Position numbers and translations under genes: made by a program
IMG/VR virus record: IMGVR_UViG_3300042876_000250
Coordinates: 417 to 64,416 of that record
Length of the DNA stretch: 64,000 nt
Direction: 5' to 3' (one strand)
Origin: a virus
Lineage: Duplodnaviria > Caudoviricetes
Shown: positions 44,379-52,329 of the stretch, piece after piece
Position numbering within the stretch: the stretch's first letter is position 1
Layout: each line of letters begins with the position of its first letter
Notes under the pieces: model-generated
What the model was told of the DNA's origin: nothing
The model's database searches: none
What the model saw: the letters and a program-made list of their open reading frames with translations, nothing else

Positions 44379-45941
44379 TCAAAAATTTTTGATTTCGCTG
44401 TCAAACAGGCCAACCAGCAGCGCGTGGTCGCTGACTTTGGTATCCATGGCCTTGAACAGCTTGCGCTCAATCGGGCTTGACTGGATGTGGTACACCGTGA
44501 CCTTATCGGCGTCTTGACCTTTGCGGTCTGCTCGTGCTATGCACTGCGTGTACATCTCCACCGACATGAGCGGGCCATAGAACACCACCGTGTCGGCAGC
44601 GGTCAGCGTGATACCGTGCGCCGTGGCCTGGGGCTGCATGACCAGCACGCGGATGTTGGGCGTGGTCTGGAAGTCGTTGATGATCTTGCCGCGCTTTGTT
44701 GCGGTGACATCGCCGTGGATGGTGTCCACGCCCACGCCTTGCTTCTGGAGGTGCGTGACGATGGTGTCGATGCTGGAGCGGTACAGCGCGAAGATGATGA
44801 CCTTGCGGTCGGTCTCCTCCAGAATCTCATCCAGCACGTTCAGGCGCGGCGCTGCGTCGAACTCCACCACCTCCTTGTCGTCGGTGTATGCTGCACCGCA
44901 AGAAATCTGGAGCAACTTGTTGACAGCAACTCCAGCGTTGACTGCGCTGATGGTCTCGCCCGCAGCGCGCACCAGCATCTGCTCCTTGAGCAGCTTGTAG
45001 TACTTGTTCTGCTGGGCCGTCATCGGCACCTCACGCGTGACCGTCACGACCGGGGGCAGGTCGAGACACTGGGCCTTGGTAAACCGGATAGCCGGTTGGA
45101 GCGCCGCGTAGACGGTGGCGGTGGCGTCGGCCTTGGGGGCCCACTTGAACATGCTGATCTTGTTCATCACCTTGTCGCGCCATGCGGTCTGGAACTTGGG
45201 CACACCGCCCGGGTTCACCAGCTTGGCCAAGCCGTACGCATCAACAGGCGACTGCGAAGCAGGCGTGCCCGTCATCATCCACAGGTAGGTCTCGGGCTTG
45301 ATGATCGACGCCAGGGCCTTCCAGCGCCGCGTGCTCGGGTTCTTGTACGCGTTGGCTTCATCGACGATGACCAGATCGAAGCGCCCATCGTTCACAACTT
45401 CTTGTGCAATGAGGTTCAGGCCGTCATAGTTGGTGATGACGATCTCGTAGTCCTTCTGAATCATCTCGATGCGCCGTGATGCCTGCGCATGGTGGGCGAT
45501 GACAGCAGAGCGGTGAATGATTGACTTGTTGATGTCCTCCATCCACGCTGACTGCATGATCGACAGCGGGCACAGGATCAACACCCTGCGCACGTCTCCC
45601 CGCTTCATGAGGTAGTCGGCTGCCCACAGCGCTGAGAGCGTCTTGCCGGTGCCCGGGTCATTAAAGCAGAACGAGCGCCGGTAAAGCGTGAGGAAGGATG
45701 CAGTCTCAATCTGGTGCTGCATCGGCTTGAAGCGGCCGGGCCAGTCATAGCGCTTGACGATGGGGCTTGGCGCGTTCTTCACGCCCAGGTTGCGCAGCAC
45801 CCTCGTCTCATCCAGGCCCCAGTACACCGCCACTTCGTAGGTGCCGTTGTCCTCGGAGAGAACTTTGTGTTTGGGAATGACTGCGTACTTGCCGGGGTTG
45901 CGCGTACGCAGCACCAGCGCCTTGTTGTCAACGATCTGCAT
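44379..45941 (-). CDS. SNF2-family helicase
   Basis: PGTGKT, IVDEA, MTGTP, HGITLTAA, QCIARADRKGQ. Confidence 0.92.
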   Translation of the reverse strand: MQIVDNKALVLRTRNPGKYAVIPKHKVLSEDNGTYEVAVYWGLDETRVLRNLGVKNAPSPIVKRYDWPGRFKPMQHQIETASFLTLYRRSFCFNDPGTGKTLSALWAADYLMKRGDVRRVLILCPLSIMQSAWMEDINKSIIHRSAVIAHHAQASRRIEMIQKDYEIVITNYDGLNLIAQEVVNDGRFDLVIVDEANAYKNPSTRRWKALASIIKPETYLWMMTGTPASQSPVDAYGLAKLVNPGGVPKFQTAWRDKVMNKISMFKWAPKADATATVYAALQPAIRFTKAQCLDLPPVVTVTREVPMTAQQNKYYKLLKEQMLVRAAGETISAVNAGVAVNKLLQISCGAAYTDDKEVVEFDAAPRLNVLDEILEETDRKVIIFALYRSSIDTIVTHLQKQGVGVDTIHGDVTATKRGKIINDFQTTPNIRVLVMQPQATAHGITLTAADTVVFYGPLMSVEMYTQCIARADRKGQDADKVTVYHIQSSPIERKLFKAMDTKVSDHALLVGLFDSEIKNF

Positions 45942-45949
45942 GGTTCTCC

Positions 45950-46306
45950 TTATTCTGGCCTTCTGCAAACAAACCGTGCCCGGTCGGTAAGGAAGTGCAC
46001 CTCAAGCTCACTCATGGTTTTCAAACGCTTGTAGACGCGTCCGTAGAACACGTCCTCCATGACCTGATCCAAGTCCACCCAAGCGTTGCCATAACGTGTT
46101 ACCCAGAGGTCGATGAGCGTCTCGACCTTGGCATTGAAGACATCACTGTTCATGTCCTCCATGTTGATCCTCGGCACGGCGTCAGGCGTCTGCGGGCGAA
46201 CCCTGTTTGATGCGCTGAGGGTGTTAATGGCGCTGGCGGCGTCGGCGGTGTACACGTAGCCACCAGCAGGCAGTGGCTGCGGCAACATGGTGTTTGTAGT
46301 CAGCAT
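45950..46306 (-). CDS. Hypothetical protein
   Basis: LIDLWVTRYGNAWVD core; fills the operon gap. Confidence 0.65.
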   Translation of the reverse strand: MLTTNTMLPQPLPAGGYVYTADAASAINTLSASNRVRPQTPDAVPRINMEDMNSDVFNAKVETLIDLWVTRYGNAWVDLDQVMEDVFYGRVYKRLKTMSELEVHFLTDRARFVCRRPE

Positions 46307-46308
46307 TG

Positions 46309-46578
46309 TTATTTCATCGAGTGGTCTTTGTTGCGCTTGAACGACCGATTGGCGCTGGCCGATTTGACCGCGAGGTTGCTGCGCGTCGTCGTGCCGCCCT
46401 TGGACAGGGGCTTCTTGTGGTGCACGTCTTTGCCGTCGCCCTTGTGCACCAGCCCCTCGCGCTCCAGCATGCGCCGCGCCTTGTTGTTCTCGGCCCTGCG
46501 CTTCTTGGCGGTCTCGGTGCCGTTGTAGTTTTCGTACTCCGCTTTGTAGTCGCGGTCTTTTTTGTTTGCGTAAGGCAT
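46309..46578 (-). CDS. HNH endonuclease-like protein
   Basis: DVHHKKPLSKGG...NL......NR. Confidence 0.8.
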   Translation of the reverse strand: MPYANKKDRDYKAEYENYNGTETAKKRRAENNKARRMLEREGLVHKGDGKDVHHKKPLSKGGTTTRSNLAVKSASANRSFKRNKDHSMK

Positions 46579-46589
46579 GTGATAACTCC

Positions 46590-47254
46590 TTAATGTTTGG
46601 GGTTGAACTCGCAACCAGTAACTTGGCACCAGTTGCACAGCGGTGTCTGGGTGGGGTTCCACACACCTGTTTCAAAGCACTGCTCCAGCCGGGCCGTGCG
46701 CTCACGGTACTTCCACCAGATCGCGTCCTTGGCGTCGCGCATCATCTGCATCTTCACCATGGAGTTCTTGACAATGAACATCAGCGCCGAGTTCACCTTG
46801 CGGATGTGCGGGAAGTGCTCGAACACCATCACCGACATCAGCATCAACTGGTCGCGGTCGGGGTACTTGTCGTTGCCGGTCTTGTAGTCCAGACCCAGGC
46901 GGTCAGGTTCTCGTCGTCCAGAATCAAGAGGTCAGCGATGCCGCGCACCCAGACATCCTTGGCCTTCCACTCCGTGGGCTTGAGGTCAACAGTCAGCGCC
47001 ATCTCGTACTCGGCCAGCTTGCGGCCGGGCTTCTTGAGCAGCGCATCGGCCACCTCTTGGAACTGCTTGAACTCAGGCGGCAGCGGCTTGCCATCACGCA
47101 CGTAGAACTCCAGCGCTTCGTGCACCCGATTGCCGTAACGCGTTTGCTCCGTCTCTTGGAACGGGTACTTCTTGAGCACCTTGACCTCGTGGTAGCGGCG
47201 GGCGCAGCCTTCAAAGTCTTTCAGCGAGGAGTGTGACCAAGCGGGTTTTTTCAT
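46590..47254 (-). pseudogene. PD-(D/E)XK (Cas4/RecB-like) exonuclease interrupted by a 1-nt frameshift at ~46891
   Basis: WSHSSL..FEGC, RGIADLL, then DYKTG..YPD.DQL and LCNWC....C in the next frame. Confidence 0.8.
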
Positions 47255-47448
47255 TCTGATTCGTCGGTGGTGAGAAACTTGGCAACGCGTTCAAGCGTTT
47301 GGAAAGAGCAGGCGTACGGGCCGTTGATTCTGGACAGCACGTACGTTGGTGGCTCGTCAATAGCGTAAGAGGGGAGCGTCTCCAGCTCCCAGCCCTTGTA
47401 CTGCGCCAGCGAGTACATCGCGTCAAAGCTCAGCGGAGTGGATGGCAT
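47251..47448 (-). CDS. Hypothetical protein
   Basis: Stop coupled to the nuclease start; start position uncertain. Confidence 0.5.
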   Translation of the reverse strand: MPSTPLSFDAMYSLAQYKGWELETLPSYAIDEPPTYVLSRINGPYACSFQTLERVAKFLTTDESE

Positions 47449-47719
47449 CGTTGAGTCGCTTGGCAAAGGCATCCACGAACTCCTCGTTGTGCTCCAGCCG
47501 GTGCCCCATGTCGCGCAGGATGGCGTGCGTCATCTCGTGCCAGAAGGTGTGCGACTGCTGCTGGGGAGACCTGCGGCGCTGGGTGAGTTGTGAGTGGGTG
47601 CCGACGACGATGCGCTGCTGCTCATAGTCAATGAAGCCGAAGCGGTGCTTGCCGGGAGTCTTGACGACATCGACGGTGTACCTGCTGCGGCCCACGCTGA
47701 TGTGTTTGGGAATCATCAT
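47423..47719 (-). CDS. Small zincin-like metallopeptidase
   Basis: TFWHEMTHAIL...NEEFVD. Confidence 0.75.
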   Translation of the reverse strand: MMIPKHISVGRSRYTVDVVKTPGKHRFGFIDYEQQRIVVGTHSQLTQRRRSPQQQSHTFWHEMTHAILRDMGHRLEHNEEFVDAFAKRLNDAIHSAEL

Positions 47720-47731
47720 TGCTTGGTTCTC

Positions 47732-49702
47732 CTAGTTCTTGGCATTGCCATATCTACGGTGAGCGCCACCGTCAGCGGCCAGGGGAATCCCCGGCATATA
47801 GCTCGGCTCCATGGTCATCTGCGCCAAGACCCAAGTCTTAGCGTGTGCCACTTCGTCGTCAGGCACGACGGCAATCAGCTCGTCATGCACGGTGCCTGCT
47901 ATGGGGTACTTCTTGTTCACCCGCAGCATCCCGTCCGTCATCACGATCCTGGCGGTGCCCTGCACCACGTTGTTCGTGATCTTGCCAGGGTACAGCTTGG
48001 TCTCGTCCTCGCCATACACCCAGTTCATGCCGCCCGTCTCTTTGTCCTTGACCTGACGCAGGTTCGGGTACAACAGCTTCATGCCGTTGGGCAGCACGAT
48101 CTCTTCCTTGCGGAAGGTCAAACATTTATACACGACCTCCTTGCCGCCTGCAAGACTCTTGACCAACAAATCACCCATCGCCTCCCAGAATGACACGACA
48201 GGCCACGCAGTGGCACGGTACTTGTCGATGATCTTCTTGGCCGCCACGCAGTGCGTGAGCAGCTCCTCGTCGGTGCAGGTGTGGGGAATCTCCAGCATCT
48301 TCTTGATGTAGTCGTCGTTGTTCAGGAACGTCTCCACGTAAGCCCGGCCAACGCCCAACTTCTTGGCAAACTCCCGGTCATAGCGCACGGGCGGTGCGCC
48401 CAGAAAGCCAACGAGTAGCTGCGCCGCGAAGCTCGCCCAGCCCAGGCCGTACCCGCACCCCAGCAGCGCACTCTTGGCGCTCTGCCGCAGGTCTGGGTGG
48501 CTCTCCTTGGTCATGCCGGGTATGCCGAACATCTGGGAGCCGAACTGCGCGTACGCGTCCTGGCCCGAGCGGAAGATGTCCAGCAGCTCCTCGTAGTCCG
48601 ACAGCCACGCCAGCACCCGGGGCTCGATCTGGGAGAGGTCGCCCACCACAAGCTGGTGTCCCTCGGGGGCCATGATCGCCTTGCGCAGGAAGCTGCCGCG
48701 CTTCAAGTTCTGCATGTTGATGGCGCTCCCCTTGGAGGCAGTCCACCGCCCAGACAGCGCGCCGTAATAACTCAGGGGGACAGGCAGACGGCCGCGCCGG
48801 GAGATGTCGAGGAAGCGCTGCGCGCGCGTGCGCTCGGTCGTTGACTTCACCTTGAGCCGGGCTTCGCAAAGCGCCGCAACGTCTTCGTTGTCACCGTTGA
48901 GAAGCGCCTGGAACAGCGCATCGTTCTTGGCCAAGGCGAGGGTTTCTTTTCCAGTGGCCTTACTCTTCTTTGTAGGAGGCGCGATGCCAAGCCCTTTGAG
49001 GACTTCCGCAAACTGCTTATTTGAAGCAAGCGCAGCTTCATCCACGCCGATCCTCTGTAGAAGTCCTTCACGCTTTTCCTTTTCCTCGGCCAGCGCCTTC
49101 TCCAACATCTCGCTGTCCAGCTCCAGCAGCGGGCGCACGTACATGCGCAGGGTCATGTCGATGAGGCGCAGTTCACTCTTGGGGTAGCCCTGGCTCAGTC
49201 GCCGAAAGATTTCTTCGCAGAGGAAGACATCGTGAGCGCAATAATCCGCAAGTTCTCTTTCAATTTGTTCTGGGAGTACCTCAAGTCCGTCCGTCGAATG
49301 AACGGCTTGTCCTTTGGGGGGAAGGCCGTAATCTCTTGCGAGGTCTTCGAGGCGATTGCCAGCCCCCACGCCGCGCAAAGCTCTTGCCATTGATAGCGTG
49401 TCGAAGATGAACGCGGGAACAACTCCGTACTCCCATGCGAGAATTGAGACATCGAACTGTGCGTTGTGTGCAAGCACGGCAGTTCGTCCCCAGTCGATTC
49501 CAGAAAGGTACTGAGGTAGGTCGCATCCTCGTACCCACAGAACTGGGTCATCGCTTCCAAGCTCGTGGAAGCAGCATCCGAAAGCAGTGAAACGGGGGTC
49601 ACGTATGTACTCCTCGGTGGTCATCTTCGACAGCGTGTAGTCGGCCTTCGACCAGCGCGTCTCAAAATCTACGGCAATGATGCGGTCAAACGGGGCGCTC
49701 AT
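47732..49702 (-). CDS. polA: DNA polymerase family A with 3'-5' exonuclease
   Basis: DFET, AHNAQFD, YC..D; DLSQIEPR, RQSAK...G..YG, TVHDE. Confidence 0.95.
   Translation of the reverse strand: MSAPFDRIIAVDFETRWSKADYTLSKMTTEEYIRDPRFTAFGCCFHELGSDDPVLWVRGCDLPQYLSGIDWGRTAVLAHNAQFDVSILAWEYGVVPAFIFDTLSMARALRGVGAGNRLEDLARDYGLPPKGQAVHSTDGLEVLPEQIERELADYCAHDVFLCEEIFRRLSQGYPKSELRLIDMTLRMYVRPLLELDSEMLEKALAEEKEKREGLLQRIGVDEAALASNKQFAEVLKGLGIAPPTKKSKATGKETLALAKNDALFQALLNGDNEDVAALCEARLKVKSTTERTRAQRFLDISRRGRLPVPLSYYGALSGRWTASKGSAINMQNLKRGSFLRKAIMAPEGHQLVVGDLSQIEPRVLAWLSDYEELLDIFRSGQDAYAQFGSQMFGIPGMTKESHPDLRQSAKSALLGCGYGLGWASFAAQLLVGFLGAPPVRYDREFAKKLGVGRAYVETFLNNDDYIKKMLEIPHTCTDEELLTHCVAAKKIIDKYRATAWPVVSFWEAMGDLLVKSLAGGKEVVYKCLTFRKEEIVLPNGMKLLYPNLRQVKDKETGGMNWVYGEDETKLYPGKITNNVVQGTARIVMTDGMLRVNKKYPIAGTVHDELIAVVPDDEVAHAKTWVLAQMTMEPSYMPGIPLAADGGAHRRYGNAKN
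48125..48153 (-). promoter_or_regulatory. Internal sigma70-like promoter in polA
   Basis: TTGCAG-17-TATAAA. Confidence 0.45.
48847..49071 (-). CDS. Candidate overprinted 74-aa basic ORF in the +1 frame of polA
   Basis: GAGGAAAAGGAAAAGC-GTG; A/T-ending polA codons begin at this start. Confidence 0.4.
   Translation of the reverse strand: MKDFYRGSAWMKLRLLQISSLRKSSKGLASRLLQRRVRPLEKKPSPWPRTMRCSRRFSTVTTKTLRRFAKPGSR
49195..49602 (-). CDS. Candidate overprinted 135-aa ORF in the +1 frame of polA
   Basis: GAGGAG-7nt-GTG; polA GC3 collapses over this same interval. Confidence 0.55.
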   Translation of the reverse strand: MTPVSLLSDAASTSLEAMTQFCGYEDATYLSTFLESTGDELPCLHTTHSSMSQFSHGSTELFPRSSSTRYQWQELCAAWGLAIASKTSQEITAFPPKDKPFIRRTDLRYSQNKLKENLRIIALTMSSSAKKSFGD

Positions 49703-49815
49703 TTACGCTCCACCATGTTGTTGCCCTGCGCCCAGCGCATTCCAGGCAAAGGTTTCACGCGGCGCATGTGTGCGCGGCGCAGACCTCCGACCAACCACCA
49801 AAACTGTTTACGCAT
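49699..49815 (-). CDS. 38-aa basic peptide
   Basis: ATGA-coupled to the polA start. Confidence 0.4.
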   Translation of the reverse strand: MRKQFWWLVGGLRRAHMRRVKPLPGMRWAQGNNMVERK

Positions 49816-49826
49816 TTTTCTGAGTT

Positions 49827-50114
49827 TCAATTAAGCCTCCCATGGTCTGGCTGCGCGGCGCGGATCAGCTCGTCGTGGAACGGCATGGCGTTGTGCAGCA
49901 GACCGTGAGCTTCGTACTCGTTGGCGTTCATGCGGACGATGGACTGCCCTTCTTCGTCGGCCAGCACCATAACGCCGCGCACCTTGGAGTCGTTGCGGTA
50001 GAGCTTGGAAAGCAGCGGCAGCAGCGTCAGGAAGGCGTTGCGCTCGGTCTCGCCCATGTATTTCACGTCTTCTTCGAGTGCGCTCACGCACTCGTCCAGC
50101 AGTTTCTGGTTCAT
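49827..50114 (-). CDS. Hypothetical protein
   Basis: AAGGAG SD; ATGA-coupled. Confidence 0.7.
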   Translation of the reverse strand: MNQKLLDECVSALEEDVKYMGETERNAFLTLLPLLSKLYRNDSKVRGVMVLADEEGQSIVRMNANEYEAHGLLHNAMPFHDELIRAAQPDHGRLN

Positions 50115-50404
50115 TGGGACTCCTTCAAAAGCAGTGGCAAGCCACCGATGTTGTTCTCGTTGATGACTACGGCGTGGCCTCCGCATTCCTTGATCCTTGC
50201 AATGTGCGCCTCTTGCAGCGCAGTCGTTGTGCCCTTGCCAGCCTTGGCCTCAATGGCCAGGAACTTGCCGCGCACGCAGCACAGAAAGTCCGGCACGCCA
50301 GAGTTACCGTAGCCGGTACCAATCGGCATGGCGTAGTACACGCCATGCTCGTCCAAGATTTTTCTGATCTTGGCTTTCACTTTAGCTTCTGGAGTTGATG
50401 CCAT
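50111..50404 (-). CDS. VRR-NUC nuclease / putative Holliday junction resolvase
   Basis: PEAKVK, GVPDFL, FLAIEAK, TALQ. Confidence 0.9.
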   Translation of the reverse strand: MASTPEAKVKAKIRKILDEHGVYYAMPIGTGYGNSGVPDFLCCVRGKFLAIEAKAGKGTTTALQEAHIARIKECGGHAVVINENNIGGLPLLLKESQ

Positions 50405-50778
50405 ATGTCTCGAAAATATCTTGCGGGGACTTCGCGTTCCTCGCTTTGGAAAAACATCTCTGCGTCATAGCGCTGCGCAAACTCGTCGAGTTCATCACCC
50501 GAGAAGAATTTGAACTGGCCCTCGTCTTCGACCAGCACACCGCGCCTGCGCAGCACCTCGTACATGTGGGCTTTGGCTGCGTACCGCATGGCGGTATTTC
50601 TCGTATCGCCCAATTCGCGCTGGAGTGAAGCAAGCCTTTCGCGCAGTTCGTACTGCTCATAGTTCATGCGAACCATCTTGGCATGTGCTTCGATTACCTT
50701 CGCAGCGTCTTGCTCTTGCTGGGTCAGCGGCCTTTGCTGCGCCAGCTCAAGCGGTTTCTTTTTCCATTGTGCTTTCAT
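50377..50778 (-). CDS. Hypothetical coiled-coil protein
   Basis: AAGGAG SD directly downstream of a structured element. Confidence 0.7.
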   Translation of the reverse strand: MKAQWKKKPLELAQQRPLTQQEQDAAKVIEAHAKMVRMNYEQYELRERLASLQRELGDTRNTAMRYAAKAHMYEVLRRRGVLVEDEGQFKFFSGDELDEFAQRYDAEMFFQSEEREVPARYFRDIWHQLQKLK

Positions 50779-50792
50779 CTTGCGCTCCTTGT

Positions 50793-50936
50793 GTTGGGGT
50801 AGGGGGTCATGTAGATTCAGCGCCCCCTGTCGCTGTGAGGAGAACGGTGCGGGTGGAACATCTCACTGCTGCCGACCCCGGCCCGCACCGGGCAAAACGT
50901 GTTCGCATCTACAAGGCTTGCACGCGTTGCCCCAAC
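50793..50936 (-). ncRNA. Candidate structured RNA with kissing-loop pseudoknot
   Basis: Closing stem plus three hairpins; loops UGUAGAU and AUCUACA are complementary. Confidence 0.55.
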
Positions 50937-50962
50937 CAATCCTGTCGGCATTGGTGTTCTTA

Positions 50963-51163
50963 TCAGTACGGCGCTTCAGGCAGCGCCGCGAATTCTTTTT
51001 TCTTCAGCAGTCTTTCGATCTGCTCCAGCTTCTCCGGGTCGGCCTTCTCGAAGGGCCACCACTTGCCGGTCTGAATTTTTTCTGCGAGTTGTTGCGATGA
51101 GCACTTCCGCAGTCTTAAACCTGTGCTCGTTTCCGCAGACTCTGGTTCGGATGTTGTTCTCAT
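50963..51163 (-). CDS. Hypothetical protein overlapping the Zn-ribbon ORF
   Basis: ATGA-coupled to 51160-51534; TGKWWPFEK..EAPY. Confidence 0.45.
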   Translation of the reverse strand: MRTTSEPESAETSTGLRLRKCSSQQLAEKIQTGKWWPFEKADPEKLEQIERLLKKKEFAALPEAPY

Positions 51164-51218
51164 TTTGCTTTCTTGTCTCGACCACCATCGTCCACGCTCC
51201 GCACTCGGGGCACTTCAT
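50976..51218 (-). CDS. NrdR-N-like Zn-ribbon protein
   Basis: MKCPECG..T.V.ETR....RTRVC...HRFKT.E. Confidence 0.7.
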   Translation of the reverse strand: MKCPECGAWTMVVETRKQNENNIRTRVCGNEHRFKTAEVLIATTRRKNSDRQVVALREGRPGEAGADRKTAEEKRIRGAA

Positions 51219-51534
51219 CTTTCTTCTCCAGCCAAACAATGATCTCGCCCGTCCCGCGCTTGACTGCCTGCCGCACCGCGACCTTGCCCCGCAGGTCTTT
51301 GTTGAGGATGTAGCGTTGCAGCGCGCGACGGACGCTTTGGAAATTTCTCTCGGGGAACTCAATAGCCGACTTCATCTGCACCAGCTTGTCGAACTCCGCG
51401 TCGTACTTGGTCATGCCCTTGGAGACGCGGTTGATCGCGGGGATCGGTACCTCTTTCAGCACGGGCTTGCCGGTGAACGGGTTGGTTGCAGTTGCAAAGG
51501 AAGTGGTCGGTTTCTTGGTGTTCATTTTGCTCAT
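51160..51534 (-). CDS. Hypothetical protein
   Basis: ATGA-coupled; KEVPIP..TKY..F..VW. Confidence 0.7.
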   Translation of the reverse strand: MSKMNTKKPTTSFATATNPFTGKPVLKEVPIPAINRVSKGMTKYDAEFDKLVQMKSAIEFPERNFQSVRRALQRYILNKDLRGKVAVRQAVKRGTGEIIVWLEKKDEVPRVRSVDDGGRDKKAK

Positions 51535-51872
51535 TTGCGGGGGGTTGTGTCGAGCCCTTTAAGGGTTTCTTTGATGAGGTCTTGCTCCGACATCTTGTCC
51601 AGAGCCAGAATAAAAAGCAGACTGCATATGGCGTGCGCCATGTGGTTGAGTCCGGTCTCGGGGTCGTACTTCTGCCCTTGCAGGTAGGCGCTGATGTGGC
51701 GCATGGCGGCGGCCGGGTATCGCTGCTCTTTGCCCTCAACGTGTTGCCAGTTGTTGTCGGCGTACTTCTGCGCCCCGTACGTCAGCACCCGCACCACATC
51801 GTCCAGCGCCGCCCATGGTACGAGATCGTAGCGCGGCTTGCCGTGGTCAAACTTCATTCCCAGTTGGCTCAT
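51531..51872 (-). CDS. dATP/dGTP diphosphohydrolase domain protein (DUF5664-like)
   Basis: KFDHGKPRYDLVP, GAQKY..NNW, AAMRH, DPETGLNHMAHA. Confidence 0.85.
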   Translation of the reverse strand: MSQLGMKFDHGKPRYDLVPWAALDDVVRVLTYGAQKYADNNWQHVEGKEQRYPAAAMRHISAYLQGQKYDPETGLNHMAHAICSLLFILALDKMSEQDLIKETLKGLDTTPRK

Positions 51873-52329
51873 TTATCTTCCTCACTTTCTTTGATCGCAG
51901 TTCTTTCTGCACGAGCGCGTTGGCGTTCTCAAGGTCGAGGATTGTGCAGGCATCGAGCTGCGCATCGTGAATGTCCATGCCCAGGTTCATGGCTTGCAGC
52001 TCCTCCCCCGTGAACACGAAGCGCCCCGTCGCTGCACCCCGCCTGCACATGGTGTACAGCGCGTCCTGGGCAGCGCGGATGTCTTCCCTGATGTCAGCGC
52101 CCAGGTCTGGGTTCACGCGGTACAGCGCCTCCGACACATTCATTGCGGCAATAAGTATGTCGATGGCGTTGCGCGTGCCCCGGCCTTGTGTCACATCCAG
52201 CAGCGCCTGATGGTTCTTGATCTTCAGGGTGACAGCGCCCTCATGGCTTTTGACCATGGAGCACCGCTCCAGCACCCGCGTAAGTGGGTTAATCAGCGGG
52301 CGAGGTTTGTAGCTGCTGCGTTTGCGCAT
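51847..52329 (-). CDS. Hypothetical protein
   Basis: MRKRSSYKPR start; HDAQLD. Confidence 0.75.
   Translation of the reverse strand: MRKRSSYKPRPLINPLTRVLERCSMVKSHEGAVTLKIKNHQALLDVTQGRGTRNAIDILIAAMNVSEALYRVNPDLGADIREDIRAAQDALYTMCRRGAATGRFVFTGEELQAMNLGMDIHDAQLDACTILDLENANALVQKELRSKKVRKINEPTGNEV

Noticed and set aside
46590-47254. Cas4-like nuclease as evidence for CRISPR, or programmed frameshifting
   Set aside because: Stand-alone PD-(D/E)XK nucleases are common in phage replication modules, and there is no slippery sequence at the break.
47732-51872. 2-aminoadenine (Z) or 7-deazaguanine genome
   Set aside because: Only the DUF5664-like hydrolase is present; PurZ, DpdA and Que/FolE genes were not recognised.
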